The position numbers and the translations under genes were made by a program. A stretch of DNA of 64,000 nucleotides from Ramazzottius varieornatus (Eukaryota; Animalia; Tardigrada): positions 7,926,448 to 7,990,447 of the forward strand of contig BDGG01000002.1 in assembly GCA_001949185.1 (NCBI GenBank). The letters run 5' to 3'. Within the stretch, counting starts at the first letter, position 1. Every line of letters begins with the position of its first letter. Of this stretch, positions 1 through 13,478 are shown in pieces. Under the pieces are notes generated by a model, which was not told where the DNA came from, did no database searches, and was given only the letters and a program-made list of their open reading frames with translations.

Positions 1-70
1 GTGGGCAAAATGTTGTCGTACGCGAACAAGCGGTATTTTGGTCCCTCTTTCTATCGTGCATTTTTATTAG

Positions 71-966
71 GTACTGAGCAGCTTTGGCCGGTGATATTTT
101 GGCTTCGAGCCGCACCAGCAGTCGTATTCCTCCTGACACTACCATTTTGCCGCGAAAGTCCTCGTTACCTTTTACTGAGGAAAAACCAGGCAGCTGCTGC
201 TCGTCGAGCCTTGACATTCTTTCGCGGTACGCAGGACGTCGATGGAGAACTTCGCGCCATTCAGTTGGAGGGTGACTCCATGCTTGCGGGTGGATGCAGC
301 AAACACGTTTCCCTTCTCGGCTTGTTCCGCCATCCCTTCCTGCGTCGCCTGGTGATCATTTGTACGGTCGTTATCCTGTGCAATCAGTTTTCCGGTGTTG
401 CTCCCATCAGTATCTATACCACCGCGATCTTCACCAAGATCGGACTGAGCAAGTTAGAGTCTCTTTACGGGACTGTCGGCTTCTTCTTCCTACAGATACT
501 GGCTGTGCTGACTTCCATGTTGCTGATGGAACGAGCGGGAAGGCGTCTCCTTTTGCTAGGTGGATTTTCCGTGGCGGCACTCTGCCTGTTTGGCATGACC
601 CTCTTCACGGCTCTGGGTAAACTGAGTTATCTTTGGGCTAACTACGTCAGCATGGTTTGCGCACTGGTCTTCATTGTGGCCTTCAATTTGGGACCAGCCT
701 TCCTCCCCTTTGTCCTCGTTCCGGAAATGTTTCCACAATCGGCCCGCAGTTCAGCCATGACACTGGTTTCCGCCGGCTGTCAGTTGCCCAACGTTGCTAT
801 GACTTTTCTTTTTCCCATTGCCGACGCTCTTATAGCGGAATACACGTTTCTAATTTTGGGAATTATTTTACTTGCTGGCACAGTCTATATGTATTTCAAT
901 GTTATTGAAACTAAAGGCAAACCGCTCAGCGTCATTCAAGCTGAGCTGCGCCAGCGCTTCGGTTAA
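71..966 (+). CDS. SLC2/GLUT-family facilitated sugar transporter, terminal exon (5' part lies outside the window)
   Basis: Acceptor tttattag ends at 70. Sugar-porter motifs ESPRYL, QFSG, ERAGRR, PEMF and ETKGK are present with multiple TM helices. Confidence 0.9.
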
Positions 967-1093
967 CGCATAACACAGATATAACCAAGAAGAACAAAAA
1001 GAGGAAATGAACATAATCGTCGTCAGTAAAACCTGGATACTTGGACGCGCGCAGTATGCGCGAAAAAGTCGACTAAACCGACTGAACCGGTTT

Positions 1094-4000
1094 CTATTCT
1101 CGGTGGGACTGTGATGTTTGGGTGGAAAGCTCCACACCACCAGTACCACCACCATTGGCGGTCGACTTCCGCAACCACCGTCCAAGAGGAGGAACTTGCT
1201 GTGGTTTCTTTGCCTGAATGTCCAGAGCCATTTTCTCCACTTCTGCGACGGTCCTTGGGAGTGGTTGACCTTTAGTTTCTCGAAGAAGCCAAGTAGAGAC
1301 AGCTGCGATCATTGAGACTACTCCGACAAGGATGAAACCTCCTCCTTTAAAAGATGACTTTGCGCTCTGAAGAAAAAAAGGCGTCAATTCGACGCGTCAT
1401 TGAAGACAGTGGGTAGCGAACTCGATGGCAGCCTTACCATGAGCGGAAGCAATGGGGTGAAAAGGCTGGCAATCCGTAAATTGGTGCTGCACAGACAGAA
1501 AGCATTGCTTCGGATGTCCGTTGGAAAAAGTTCGGTAGTGTAGACAAAAATGACGCAAAGGGTGCCGAAGAAAGCCATCCGGCTGATGAAAGCTAGGGCC
1601 GTCTGTGCAACCAAATGCTCGCTTCCGAAACCACCAACAAAGCCGGCAATGATGGCGAAAACACCTCCCGTCAAAAAGTAGAAGGTGAGCGGTAGCCGAT
1701 GTCCCAATCTGTAAGAACAGCTTTTGCAAACCTTGCGCTCGTAGCGTCCGTACTTGAGCGTTATCATTCGATCGAACGTGGCTTCTACAGTACATACACG
1801 CACGTTAGGAAATTATGCGACAGTAAAAATTATGGGACAGGCGGAAAAGACGACAAAATGGAAGTTCGATCGTAGAAAAGTGTCGAAATGTTCATTACAG
1901 TGATAATCTCCACTTCCTCGGTACGTCATACAAGTGAATTCTACAAGCTGATGCGAGCTAGTAGGTGGCTTGCGTCTGGCAAACGTACATGGACGTCATC
2001 TCACTTCATGTGAAAACTTGCCGTGATGTAGAGCGGCATCCTTGGCTTTTTTCTACATTTGCTCCAACCTCCAGAAGTGAATGCGTGGTGACGCATCGAA
2101 GAAATGAGGATTATTACTGTACACGAACGACAGGAAATTATGGGGCCAGTAAAAATTATGGGACCAAGCTTTTTCGCTACTACGGAACGGAAGTATGTAC
2201 GTACGTACGCGATCGATTCATAGTAATGCACTTTTGGACAATTTTCTACGTTTGAATTTCCATTTTGCCGTCTTTTCCGCCTGGTCCCATAATTTTTACT
2301 GGCCCCATAATTTCTCGTCGTGCGTGTACTGTGAATCGGTCGCATGCGTACATGCTTCCGTACCGCCGTGGCGAAGAGGCTTGTCCCATAATTTTTACTG
2401 TCCCATAATTTCCCATCGTGCGTGTAATATTGTCGTACTTCGATGCTACTAGTATTGCCAAAAGGATTGGTATCGGCTCCAGAAATCCATTGATTGCCAG
2501 GTTGAGGTAGACGTCAGAAGCCATTTGCATGTCGCTGTTCATGTAGGTAACACCAAGGTATCCGAAAAAGCAGGCGAACCTGCAGCCAAACGGGGAACTG
2601 TTAGGTACCACTCAATGTTACTAATCAATGAGAGAGGGTTTAGGGCTCCCATACCAGGTTATTAGACACAGAAATGTGGTCTTGCGAATATAAGGTGTGC
2701 GAAAACCTACAAGAAAGGTAAACCTAACGACGCGTGTATTTGACATGAGACGAGTATGCAACGTCTGTGATAGCTACAACCGATGCGCGGACTAGAGCTG
2801 CGTCTTCCTGTACATGCGAAAAACTTACAGTCGGCAAAACTGTAATTCCGCGAGGCATTCATTTCCTCTGGATAATTCTGGCTGAATGTTTTGATTTTCA
2901 GCACGACTTCTTCCGACAGGTCCAGCTTGTTGAATTTTGCAATGAAGCGGCAAGTCTCGATCATCTGTTCAGGCCGATGTTTCGAATACAGCCAGGTTAA
3001 TGATTCCGGAGCGAACCTAGATATGCGAAACTTACTGTAGTCTCATGCAGCCCGGGTTATACTGGTTACCAGCGTTGCAGTAGTTAAGTCTGACCAGTAG
3101 AGTGGTATGATAAAAGCAAAGGAGGCTGCTGCAAAGAAGGCTTGGATATGGATCCAGTTTTGCAGTAGATATGCAACTAGCGCCAGTGATAGTAATCCCA
3201 GAGTAAAGTAGAACTCGGAAAAGGCTCCCCACGTTCCTCTCCGACGAGCCGTTATCCACTCCATCATCAAGACGTAAGTGCTGCTGTTCATGGCCTGTAA
3301 CAGTACGAGAACAGTCTCTCAGCCGAAGCTTTGACCAAGCGGAAGAATCGCTCAGTGGAAGCCAGCTTACCTGCTTTGTTGCCCCAATAAAAAATCGTAA
3401 GAGTACAAAGGAAGTATAGTCTCGCGAGAACACCAGAGCTGTCAGCAGTATGGCATGTATCGTATTGCTGACCAGCAATACTGGCCGACGACCAAACCTA
3501 TCCGCCGTCCATCCAGAAAACGGCGTGGCACATGCTTCGCCTAATTGATACCAGGAAGAACCTTGTCTATTACTATACTACAAAAATACATCGAGATCCG
3601 TTGTCTTAGACCAGCCAATCAATATACGCAGATATATTGGTATCTCGTACCGAGGAAGTAGATAACGGACGCCAGGTTGACCAGCGAGCTTCTGTCGCAG
3701 ATCAAGTCCATCTGAAATGGCACTTGAATACTTATATTGACATTGAAGAGTTCATGGTGTAAGACTGGCAGGTGATGACTTACATCGCCAATTATGGACC
3801 ATTGACGTCCTGTGTAGGTGTACTCGAAGCCCTGTGGACAATGGCAAGCAGTGGCCGACGAGTTGCCCACGTACACTGGCGGGGTACGATCTGAAAGGTT
3901 GGTTGACGTTGAGGAGTTATAGTCCATAACATCGTGGGGACCTCCATAACATCGAACTGATGTGGGGGCAAGGCTATAAAATATCACCATAAAATCGTCG

Positions 4001-4170
4001 AACGACATGGAGATGAAAGGCAAGCCCAGTAGAATAAACTGTATGATCTGGAAAGGTCCAGGGTCTCCGAGTATCTGCAGCAGATATTCAACATGCTGCA
4101 ACTCCACATGCTCTTCCGTCCTTATTGTTCCCGAAGGCTTTTCCTTTGCTTTACGTCGAAGGTAATCCAT
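1094..4170 (-). CDS. SLC22 organic cation/anion transporter (multi-exon)
   Basis: Exons encode LGDPGPFQ, WSIIGD/MDLIC, a GRRP motif, YTTELFPTDIR and LRETKGQPLP, all typical of SLC22. ATG (MDYLRR) at 4170. Confidence 0.88.
1795..2426. mobile_element. Two nested MITEs of one family in an SLC22 intron (inner copy 2120-2328, inverted)
   Basis: TIR tacacg..ggaaattatg..cagtaaaaattatgggac occurs at about 1795 and 2120, with reverse complements ending at about 2328 and 2426. Subterminal sequences show the inner copy is in the opposite orientation. Confidence 0.8.
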
Positions 4171-5485
4171 TGATGATAACCTCAATGAAATAAACGACGT
4201 AGGAAAGATATCACCAGAGTTGCCCTTTGATTTTTACGTTCGGTAGTCGGTAACGGGAAAGGATCTTGACCAATGTGTGGTTTATTACATAACCCAAATT
4301 CGACGTCGATCAGCAAGATTGAAAAACTTCATCGTGACCACTTTGATTTCGCAATATCAGCATCTTCAGGAGTGTGCAGCGAAGCTGGCAGTCTAGCTCC
4401 AACTGTCGACGTACGTAGGTAAGTGAAGAACACTTGGAGGTTCGCAGTCAATTTCACCAAAGTCTCTGATTTCTAGTAAGGAGAAGTACTTGTATGCTAC
4501 AATGCGCGTGCGTATGTCGGCAATGTGCTCTGGCCACATTCAAGAACTGCAGCCTGCAGCGCTTCTGTGCGGAAAAAAACACATGCAAAACGTCCGCTAT
4601 CCAAAACACATGGAATTCTGCAAACGGAAAACCTGCCCCGTATTTCGCAAGTTCGCGGCCGACATTGTCTGCATATCCGAGTATTAGGAAGATGAATCCG
4701 CGCTGCACAAGTACATGTGGACCCATGGGAATTAATTCACAGCAAACAGCAGCACTGAAGAGAAACAAGTGCTTTCCTTTTGGCCAGGCGGCGATTTCCG
4801 AAAACAGATTTTTCCTCGTGATAAAATAAATAGATGCTGCCAGAGTTGCATTACTTGACATGTCCCTGCTTCCTTGTCCCTCGTACCGTCTTCAACCATT
4901 GGCCCAGCTCCCTTTATTACATCCTGAAATGCAGTGTTAATGATCGTTGATCCTAATCCTACTGAGAGTATTCAAAGACGGATCAAGTCGATGGGATATG
5001 GTTTATGCAGCAAGCAGGAGCGAGACAAGATGAAGAAAGTCCGCACTGCGGCGGACACGAAAAAGAAGAGTTCCTACAGGGAAGGGAGGAAAGATTGGTG
5101 TCAGCAGTAATGATGATCAAGGGCGAGCCGTGACTAAGTTATCATATCACATGAGAGAGCAATGCAATGAAATGTTCATGACGCATACGCAGCAAACTGC
5201 CTACAGTTATTCGTACACGTAACAGCAGGCGACACTGAATTTCTAACGATCCTGATGTGTAGTTCATTAATTATGGTGTTCGTGACGACTTTTTCAATGG
5301 GATTGTCGTACGACTGATCCCGGATGTAACAACTCTAGATCTTAAGCTTTCTTCGATCTTCCAGCGGGAACATTCCTTGCTTATTGCAGGAATTCACGCT
5401 AAACAAAGGCTAGATAGTCATCAATTGGTTCAGACAGTCCAAGCAGCTCGGTTTGAGCCACGTCGTTGTGCTGGTAGAACGTCAA

Positions 5486-6620
5486 TTAATTTTTAACGTG
5501 TGTTAGAAATTCCTCCCGAATTCGCGCGTCTTCCCGGAACGAGCCTAGCATGGTACTGGTAATGGTCTTGGCGTTCAGCTTTTGTACTCCTCGCATCACC
5601 ATACACATGTGCCTGAAACACAGCGCGTACGATTTATTATTATGTTCCGTACTGTCACAGTGATTATTTTGCGAGAATGCTCCTTGGAGTGAACTACGTC
5701 TGTGCGACTTACGCGGCTTCTACTATGACTCCAACTCCGGTAGGCTGGACAGCCTCTAAGTTATTGGAAAACATGAAAGCTTTCTCGATTAAAGATGCAC
5801 TACAGTATATATTCACGGATAGAATAATATGCTTTCAAGATTCGGTACCTGTGATAGCCATGGCAATTTGTTTCGTAAGCCGTTCTTGTACTGAAAAGCA
5901 AGACGGCCCGAATTATTGTAGGGCAGAACCGGTAGATCAGGATTTAGTGAGGGTCGAGGGGGAGGGCGGTCCTCGTGAGAATTAATTCATGTGGTACAGT
6001 ACGTACCTTGCAGTCGCCGACTGTAGATCTCCACTATCCTGGCAACTTTACTCAACCCTAGGACGCGTTGGTTGGGCAAATAGCCGACGGACACTTTGCC
6101 GATAAACGGGACTAAATGGTGTTCGCACATGGAAAACATTTCAATGTCCTTGATGATTACCATCTGATCGTGACTCTCATCGAAGATTGCATTGTTAAGT
6201 ACATCTGCAAATCGACCATACATTTTCATGACATCTCGACACACCGAATGCTCAAAAAATGCTGGAGCCGTCACCTTCTATCTTCTCCTCATATCCTTTA
6301 GTGAAGAACATCATGGCTTTAGCAGCACGTTGGGGTGTATTGAGTAATCCAGGCCGAGTTGGGTCTTCACCGATATATTTCAGCAAATCATGGTAGTTTT
6401 CCGTCATGTGCACTAAAAGGTCCTGCCGAGGAGATGTAACTCTGGTTAGTTCCAGTCTCGCCTCCATGTCCTCCTCGTAGGCAGCCAGATTGGACACGGC
6501 GGCTACCGTTATGTCGACGGACAGTGTCCGGCTCCGGGGAATGGAGCTGAACGTCGGTCGTCGCGAAGTGGGCAAACTGACAGTGCCGGAAAAGCTCTGA
6601 TCGTTGCTTGCATCCTCCAT
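5486..6620 (-). CDS. GCH1: GTP cyclohydrolase I (5 exons)
   Basis: Motifs [42 protein letters not shown]|[18 protein letters not shown] and [11 protein letters not shown]...REEFL are joined by GT-AG introns. Confidence 0.95.
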
Positions 6621-8877
6621 TTTGGGTTCGAGCTTGGGGGTATAGGAGCAATGTCAGAAAAATCCCAACCTGGATAGTTGTCGAAACCTTGTAAACTTCA
6701 CAACCTGCTTTTGTGGCCAGGTTCTGTGAAGCTATGTTTATCTACTATGGCATGTGAACATTGCTTCTTAGTACGGAGAACGTATTGAGTAAGTTACCGA
6801 GTTTTTTCAACTGCTTCTCTTTATCGATTAGAATCACGGAAGGCCATGTTGGCCTTGATAAGATCGTTCAGATCTATCGGACAACCACACGAATGAAATC
6901 CGAAGGATACACTGCACGGTCAAACATTGACACGCCGGGTGTTACCTCATGTCGTGTGACGGTACCAGCTGCTATCGTTAGGGTTTCGGGCTAGATCTGC
7001 TATCGGAGGAAGGCTCGGTAAATGTTGTTCCGGTTTTTCCGACTGTTTTATGGTAAGAGTTTTCTGCTGTCGTTGGCGCTCGGTCCTCCGCAACCTTTAG
7101 TCGCCGGTCCCAGAAAGCCTTGGAAACACTACGTTGTGGTTGTGGAAAGAACTGCGGGGCGATCACTTTCGTATGCAGGGCGGAACACGTTTAAATATCA
7201 GCTTACCTTGACCATTCAATGTTTGGGAACTGAGCAGTGAGCATCCGCCCAATGGTCTAAGCTTAAAATTGATTATGGCAGGAATAGAATGACCTTTGTC
7301 CAGCAGAGCTCTGTCAACCTCAGCAGCGAACTGTATATTTGAGTTTCGGCGCCCAGTTTGCGTACGAATTGTTTTGCTTCCAAAGTCTACTTTTTTGACA
7401 TTAGGTTGCTCAGAATACTCAAGGGCATCACGCGGTAGAGCCGCGACGCTTCGTCACGGATAAAATTCTCAGAAAACTGTTCACCCTTCTGGGAGGATTT
7501 TCCCGAAAACTCTGAAATTGATCACCAGCTGAGACGCTCCCACATTGGGAGGGGGAGTTGAGTCCGAAAAGGGGCAAGGGCATTCTCACACTGTATGACA
7601 TCATTATAACGTCAAAACATTCCACTCGAAATCTCGCGCCCCTTCAGATTTTTCTGACGTAGCCGCCTGACTACTGGTCAAACGGCCAAATAAACCCTAG
7701 CGTCGTGTTCCTCGATGTCTGCTACACCAGGTTGTATCAGCAGTTCAACTTTGTCCTCGGGACCCCAAACTTCCAACTCGTTTGACTCGCAATCGTCCGT
7801 GCGCAAAATGAGCCTCCGATACCCATTTGTTCTTTACTATTTCCTGTCTCACTGTATGTCCGTGTTTCCAAATTTTAGCACGCTCGAAACCCGAAATTCC
7901 TGCCCAGATCAGATCATACCGGCCGGGAGCTAAATATTTCGAGGGGCTGATTCGCGATCAATGCGCAACAAGTAGCTGCTCATTATCTGTTCATCAGTGA
8001 CATGCGTTGTGGCTGTGCGGGAAGACCTCATACAATGGTTATAGGGAAAAACCGAACCCCTAATCCTTCACTCAAAAATTCGAAACTTTGGGTCCAACAC
8101 AATGATTTACGAAGCACAGGCTGGAACCAGTGCCTATTCAGTTGATAGTCCCCCAGCTGTACAGCACGGTGATATAAAAAAAGATCGAACAACGGTCCGA
8201 TCGCTGACCAGAGTACAGGTAGAAAAACGCCAACCCACTCGTGGACGCGCACAGCTGAGTGGGAGCATGTCAAGTGTGTGCTTGTCGTGCCCTTCTATGA
8301 GCTGAGGATTCACCACGTACCGCGGTACACAAGATGGCAGGCGACACGCACACTTCTGAACGAAGCCCCAGTGTTTCTGAACCAATCGAAACCTTGTGTT
8401 TCCTCGTTGCGACAAAGCCATGTGAGAAGTTCCAAAAATCTTGTGCTGTTTCAACCGTTCGAGCATTCAACGTCCCAGACTAGTACTGAATAGGCACTGC
8501 TGGAACTAAAGATTCTGATAGCGATACGCTGCTAGAACACTGCCATGTCATTAATCATACTGACAAGATATTAGCGAACTTGAGGTCCGAATATGCAGAT
8601 TGGTGATATCGCACCACTTGCGTGACGGGAAATTTAGATTCATATGCTTATGTTACAACGATCACCTACAGCGAATACAAAGTGACTTTAATCATCAGAC
8701 CAGACTTGGAAAATATTTGCTCCGGCTGCATGCAAAGGGCGTGCTAATTTATTGGTCTAGTGCCCGGCTTTTCGCCTCCTGATTTGACCAAGCGATTAAA
8801 ATTCATGATTTAGTCTGGTCCTATATACATCGCCGATTTTCCTCCATTCCTACGGGTTTTCAATAATTAATATGAAT

Positions 8878-9497
8878 AACTATTGGGGAAGGCTCCGCAC
8901 TCCACCTTTCACCACCATAGTTTCCTAATAGCACCTTTCAATTCCAGATCATCATCACCGTTTACTACGTACACCACTTTCTAACTAAGGGCCACCACCA
9001 AGGACTTCGAGCACCACTTTTTGCCAGATTGGTTTTCATTACTTAGTCTCAGAAAAAAAAAATTAGATCACGCTTATATCGCGATTACAGTTGGCAAGAA
9101 GTGTTTACCAACAGCCGGATCTTCAGGATCGTCAGTTCTTCCTGTTCTCTGAACTTGCCAGAACATCGCTAGCTAACTCTTGGTTATGGTGACCGGGCTT
9201 CGACATCCCACTTTGGTACCAGGTCTCCCCTGACGGCGTGACAGTTTCTCGATCTTTTTACTATTGAAACAGTCCAAGAACCATTTCCGCAGTTCTTTGC
9301 TTGAGAAAGGCTCCTGTCTCCGGACAAAGGTGCTGCGCAGAGATTTCAAATTCTAATTTATTAACGGTTTTGAGAGAAAGGTGGTACGTCCAGAAAAACG
9401 GTGTGAAAGGGTGGTGTTAGGAGACTACCGTGGTGAGAGGTGGTGTGCGGAGACAATGTGGTTTTCGGCGGTGTGTGGAGCACTTTTCATAACTATT
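8878..9497. mobile_element. Degenerate MITE with imperfect terminal inverted repeats
   Basis: ctccgcactccacctttcaccaccatagtttcctaatagcacctttca (about 8895-8940) is an imperfect reverse complement of tgaaagggtggtgttaggagactaccgtggtgagaggtggtgtgcggag (about 9404-9452). Confidence 0.6.
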
Positions 9498-9622
9498 CAG
9501 TTTTGTTAAAGAGAAGATAATTGTACACGAAAGACATCCAAACTGATAGACCACGAATGGAAGTAATGTGACGGTGTTAGAGGGCGTTGTTTCTTTTCAG
9601 CGGTCGTCGTGTCGGTGTGTTG

Positions 9623-10042
9623 CTAATGATGACGTCCTCCACCCCCATGATGTCCACCATGATGACCACCGAAACCTCCATGGTGGCCACCAAAGCCAAC
9701 GTCACGATGGACCACCGTCGGTCCTCGATGAACGACGACCGGTCCGCGGTTAACAACCACTGGTCCGCGATGGAGGAAGCCAGGTCCGTATCCGTAATAT
9801 GGCAGTCGCGGATGGTAGAGAAGTCCAGCAGTGCTTCGAAGCAAGAGGGGGATCGATAAGAGGGCAGCTACTCCCAACGCCGTTCCCATGGGGTTGATAT
9901 GGACACATCGGTGCATTCCACATGCGCAATTGGGAGCGTGGCAGATGCTACATTCTCCGTACATGCTTGCTGTGCAAGGACAAGCGGCGACGACGACCGG
10001 TGCGCTAGCGGTATAGGGAGGAGGTGGGTAGTAGGCGGCCAT
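9623..10042 (-). CDS. Small Pro/Cys-rich, hydrophobic-segment, His/Gly-rich orphan protein (139 aa)
   Basis: ATG (MAAYYPPPPY) follows an acceptor ctacag. The frame is uninterrupted with modular composition, including RGPVVV-type repeats and a GGHH tail. Confidence 0.75.
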   Translation of the reverse strand: MAAYYPPPPYTASAPVVVAACPCTASMYGECSICHAPNCACGMHRCVHINPMGTALGVAALLSIPLLLRSTAGLLYHPRLPYYGYGPGFLHRGPVVVNRGPVVVHRGPTVVHRDVGFGGHHGGFGGHHGGHHGGGGRHH

Positions 10043-11369
10043 CTTGAAAAACCTGTAGTGGGATATCAACAGACAGCGAGGGACGACGCAAACTACAAAG
10101 TGAACGAGATGAGATATTACAAAATCTCGCGGAAATATGCCTAAAGCTTTTATACGGTAATGCAAACTACAGAACGAAATACCAACGAAAAGACTGAAAA
10201 ATCGAATGTCATGATTACGAACCTGATAGAGTCGGTCTAACGCTAATGGAAACTTCGAGAAAAATAGGCGCTACACCATATCAGCCTCACTGCGTTTGTC
10301 GTCGTCAAATCCGTGCTCTAGGTGCGGAAAATGAGGTCATCGACGAAAGCTTGCTGGTTTTCCGCATCGCGTGATGGCCGCAGGCCGCAGAGATCAGCGT
10401 AACATTGTTGTTTTGTTTTTTAATCACTGAAGGCATTTTTGGGGTACTACACTAACACGGTAGCCATGTTCCAACGCTGGGCTGTTCTGTCTAACTCTTT
10501 TCTCGTACTTTGCCCCGTAGCAATATGGGCGGCCCCAACGGCAAGAATGAGGTTGGTAGCTTGGTCTTCGTACCTGTTTAGAGCTTGATCATTTTTACAC
10601 TAGGGAATTTTATCAATGTTACATCGATTTGCAAGTCTGAAGATAAGCAGGCTCCAAACAGGATTGCAGACAGGCTCCCATATGGAATTTCCCTACTCCA
10701 CGACTAGCAATAAAATCCATCAGTCTAACAAGAAAGTTTCGCCATCCACCAGTCTGATGGTGAAATCCTTAGGATCCTTAGAATTGTGATGCTTCGTTTG
10801 TCTGTAACAAAATATCCCACTGCAAGCCGGGAATTATGATTCCACCACGAGTAAGACGCCACCTGTTGCATTCTACGTTGAAAAGCGACATCACTCGAAC
10901 ACCGCGACCGACAAAGGCAACAGTGGCATCGCCGCTAGTACCCAGCTCTTCCCGTCAAACGCGACGTACTGCAGATTAAGGCTAGTCTAGCTTACAAGGG
11001 AACGGTTTCTGAGCTCACCTGAAATGGTCCAATTTTGCTCTTCTTTAAGAGAGAACGTACCTCCTTAGGCGAATTTTATCAAGCGGAAGACCCAGCCTAA
11101 TGCTATTCTCCAAAATTGGAAAAATTGTGAAATGAGCTGCGTCCATTGTGACCATTACAATAGCCGACTCCCCGGTAGCGGGCGTAAGTCTGCCTGACCA
11201 CCACATCTGACCACATATACAAAAACTGCCGATCATACCAATGTTGACAGTACTGTGTAGGTCTCACAATTCAGGCAACAAACCGCAAGAGTTCAGCAAA
11301 AATTTTAGACATTTGTTTCGTTAATCCGAATTCCGGAACAGCAGAAAAACCGTCCATACGGCAGTACTA

Positions 11370-13478
11370 CGCAGGGGCGAACGGCCCTGTATACTTGTGG
11401 AAACGTAGGGCGTAAAAAACTGAAATTTGGCTCAAAACTTATTCTTTTAAAAATCAGGAAACTGTAAACTGCAAGCCATCGTTAACTTTTAAAGTCCGAA
11501 GACCGACACTTTGAATCAGGAAAAACATATTTTTGAAATTTTCAAAAGTTTTTCGTGAATCATAGTACGTTGCCGATATTTGTGGTGGTGACTCGTCACA
11601 CCCAGCGAAACAAAGGATCTCTGTTACGCATCTACTATGTAATATGTATCTAGCTTTTCATCGCTATTAATTTCCTTTCATGGAAAACGTGTAATGTTCG
11701 AATTATATCCCACAGTAATGTCGACATATAAAAACAAGGCTCTGATAGAAATCTGCAGGAAACATACAGAAATTATTTTTGGTCCATGGAAATTCCATCA
11801 GGTCTATATTCTGTAGGTACTAGTTAGATCGCTGACGGGTATCAGCCAGATTACTGTAAGACACTTGGACAGAACCCTCAGTACATTTCCAACACACTGG
11901 AAGTGTGTCGCAAAGACCGGAATAATACAGTCCGCATATTCTGATCGTACACCCGTTAAAGTTTTCTCAGACAGCAACCATTTACCGCTCATGTACTGTA
12001 GAAGGAAGACTTCTTACATGTACTAATAACTGTCTTCAAATACACCTTGCATCTGGAAATTTATTCTTACATACGGCGTATTTCATCCGATTTTTTTACC
12101 TGAAAAATAACGAGTGGCAAATGTTGCTGTTCAATCAATTCTACGAGAAGCAACCGTGGTAAAATCTGCAGGGAAACGATCAGGCAAAGAGGTAACAAAG
12201 AATCTACATTCGATAACTGCATTAATGACGAAACACTTTCGATAACCTCGAAAACAACACAGTCTCTTTCGCACCGTCGACCTAAAACAAACCTGGAAAG
12301 GGTAGGACCACTTACCATCATTGTGTAAAAGAAATAGTTTCCCAGCTAATATTGCTTCTCACCTCCATACATGGTGTGCGGCACGAGTAATACTGAAAAT
12401 AAGAAAGTTGGGAAATTAATAGTTCCTACTTGCGTGCAAACCGAATACCCAACTTACGAGATTTCGTACTTAGCACGTTCATACTGGTTCATACGTGGTA
12501 TAAGGTAGATGTGCTTGATACGATACCTGTCATAGCTACCACGAAACAGAATGGAAGAGCTAATAATGGCAGCATGTGAATCACAATACTACAGTAATAC
12601 CAAAGTAGTAAAGCTAAGTGAAGATCCGGTTTTCAGGAACGCGACTTACCAGAATATCCATCTCTTGGGATGGACGAATCAAAAATCGGTTTCGTAACAG
12701 AATTACCTGTTCATTCCACCTGGATGTGATCAGTATCGTAGCACAACAGATAAAAAAACCAGACACAAAATGACTTGATATAGTAGTTTACGATGCTGCA
12801 GCATGACGGATAAGGATTATACAGTTTTCACTTACTGTATCTCGAAAACCCCTTCCCACAGACGTTCGGCGTATGAAACTAACTTTTAAACTAACCGACG
12901 CGACTTACCTCGTTCCGATACACAAAACCGCGGTAGCTTTTAGTGTTGGATAACTCAGAAGACCTACCACCACCTGCAATTTACCCAATCTGATTGTTCA
13001 GTTCAGGCGGTTCATCCACACGGGAAAGACACTACCAAGGGTGACTAAAGTGTTCTTGCCGGAGCTGAACAGTGTTGCCACAAGACATTGGGGTGGTGAA
13101 AACCAGCAAGGAACCTGTCAGATTGCTTAGACAGTGGCAGAGTACTAAAGACACTAGTAAGAAAGTCCAGTGTCTTCGTCAGGTAATCTTTTTATATGGG
13201 CGCGTCAGCCGCATGTTTCATTCTTATTCGTACTATTTTAGTAGTCCGCATACTGTACATAATTTCGCTGTAATTCGCTGTTTGTATAATAGTGTTCAAT
13301 GGAAAACCAACACAATAGGTTTCGAAGTGTCGGTCTTCGGGCTTTGAAATTTAGAAGGTTAACAATGGAATGTAGTTTACAGTTTCCTAATTTTTGGAAA
13401 AAAATGAATTTGAAGCCAAAATTTAGCCTTTTTTGACCCCTACGTTTCCACAAGGATACACGGCTGTTCGCCTCTGCG
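11370..13478. mobile_element. Pair of about 150-bp inverted repeats about 2 kb apart (non-autonomous DNA transposon, or two opposed MITE copies)
   Basis: gcaggggcgaacggcc..cttgtggaaacgtaggg..ggaaactgtaaact..ccgaagaccgacactt at 11370-11511 is matched in reverse complement at about 13327-13478. Confidence 0.7.

Noticed and set aside
1795-2426. CRISPR-like repeats
   Set aside because: The repeats are inverted TIRs in a eukaryotic intron, with no spacer periodicity or cas genes.
6205-6274. Apparent frameshift between two GCH1 ORFs
   Set aside because: Explained by a normal GT-AG intron of about 70 nt.
8102-8200. PPAVQHGDIKK resembles a kinase catalytic loop
   Set aside because: No other kinase motifs (N, DFG, APE) occur in any nearby frame.
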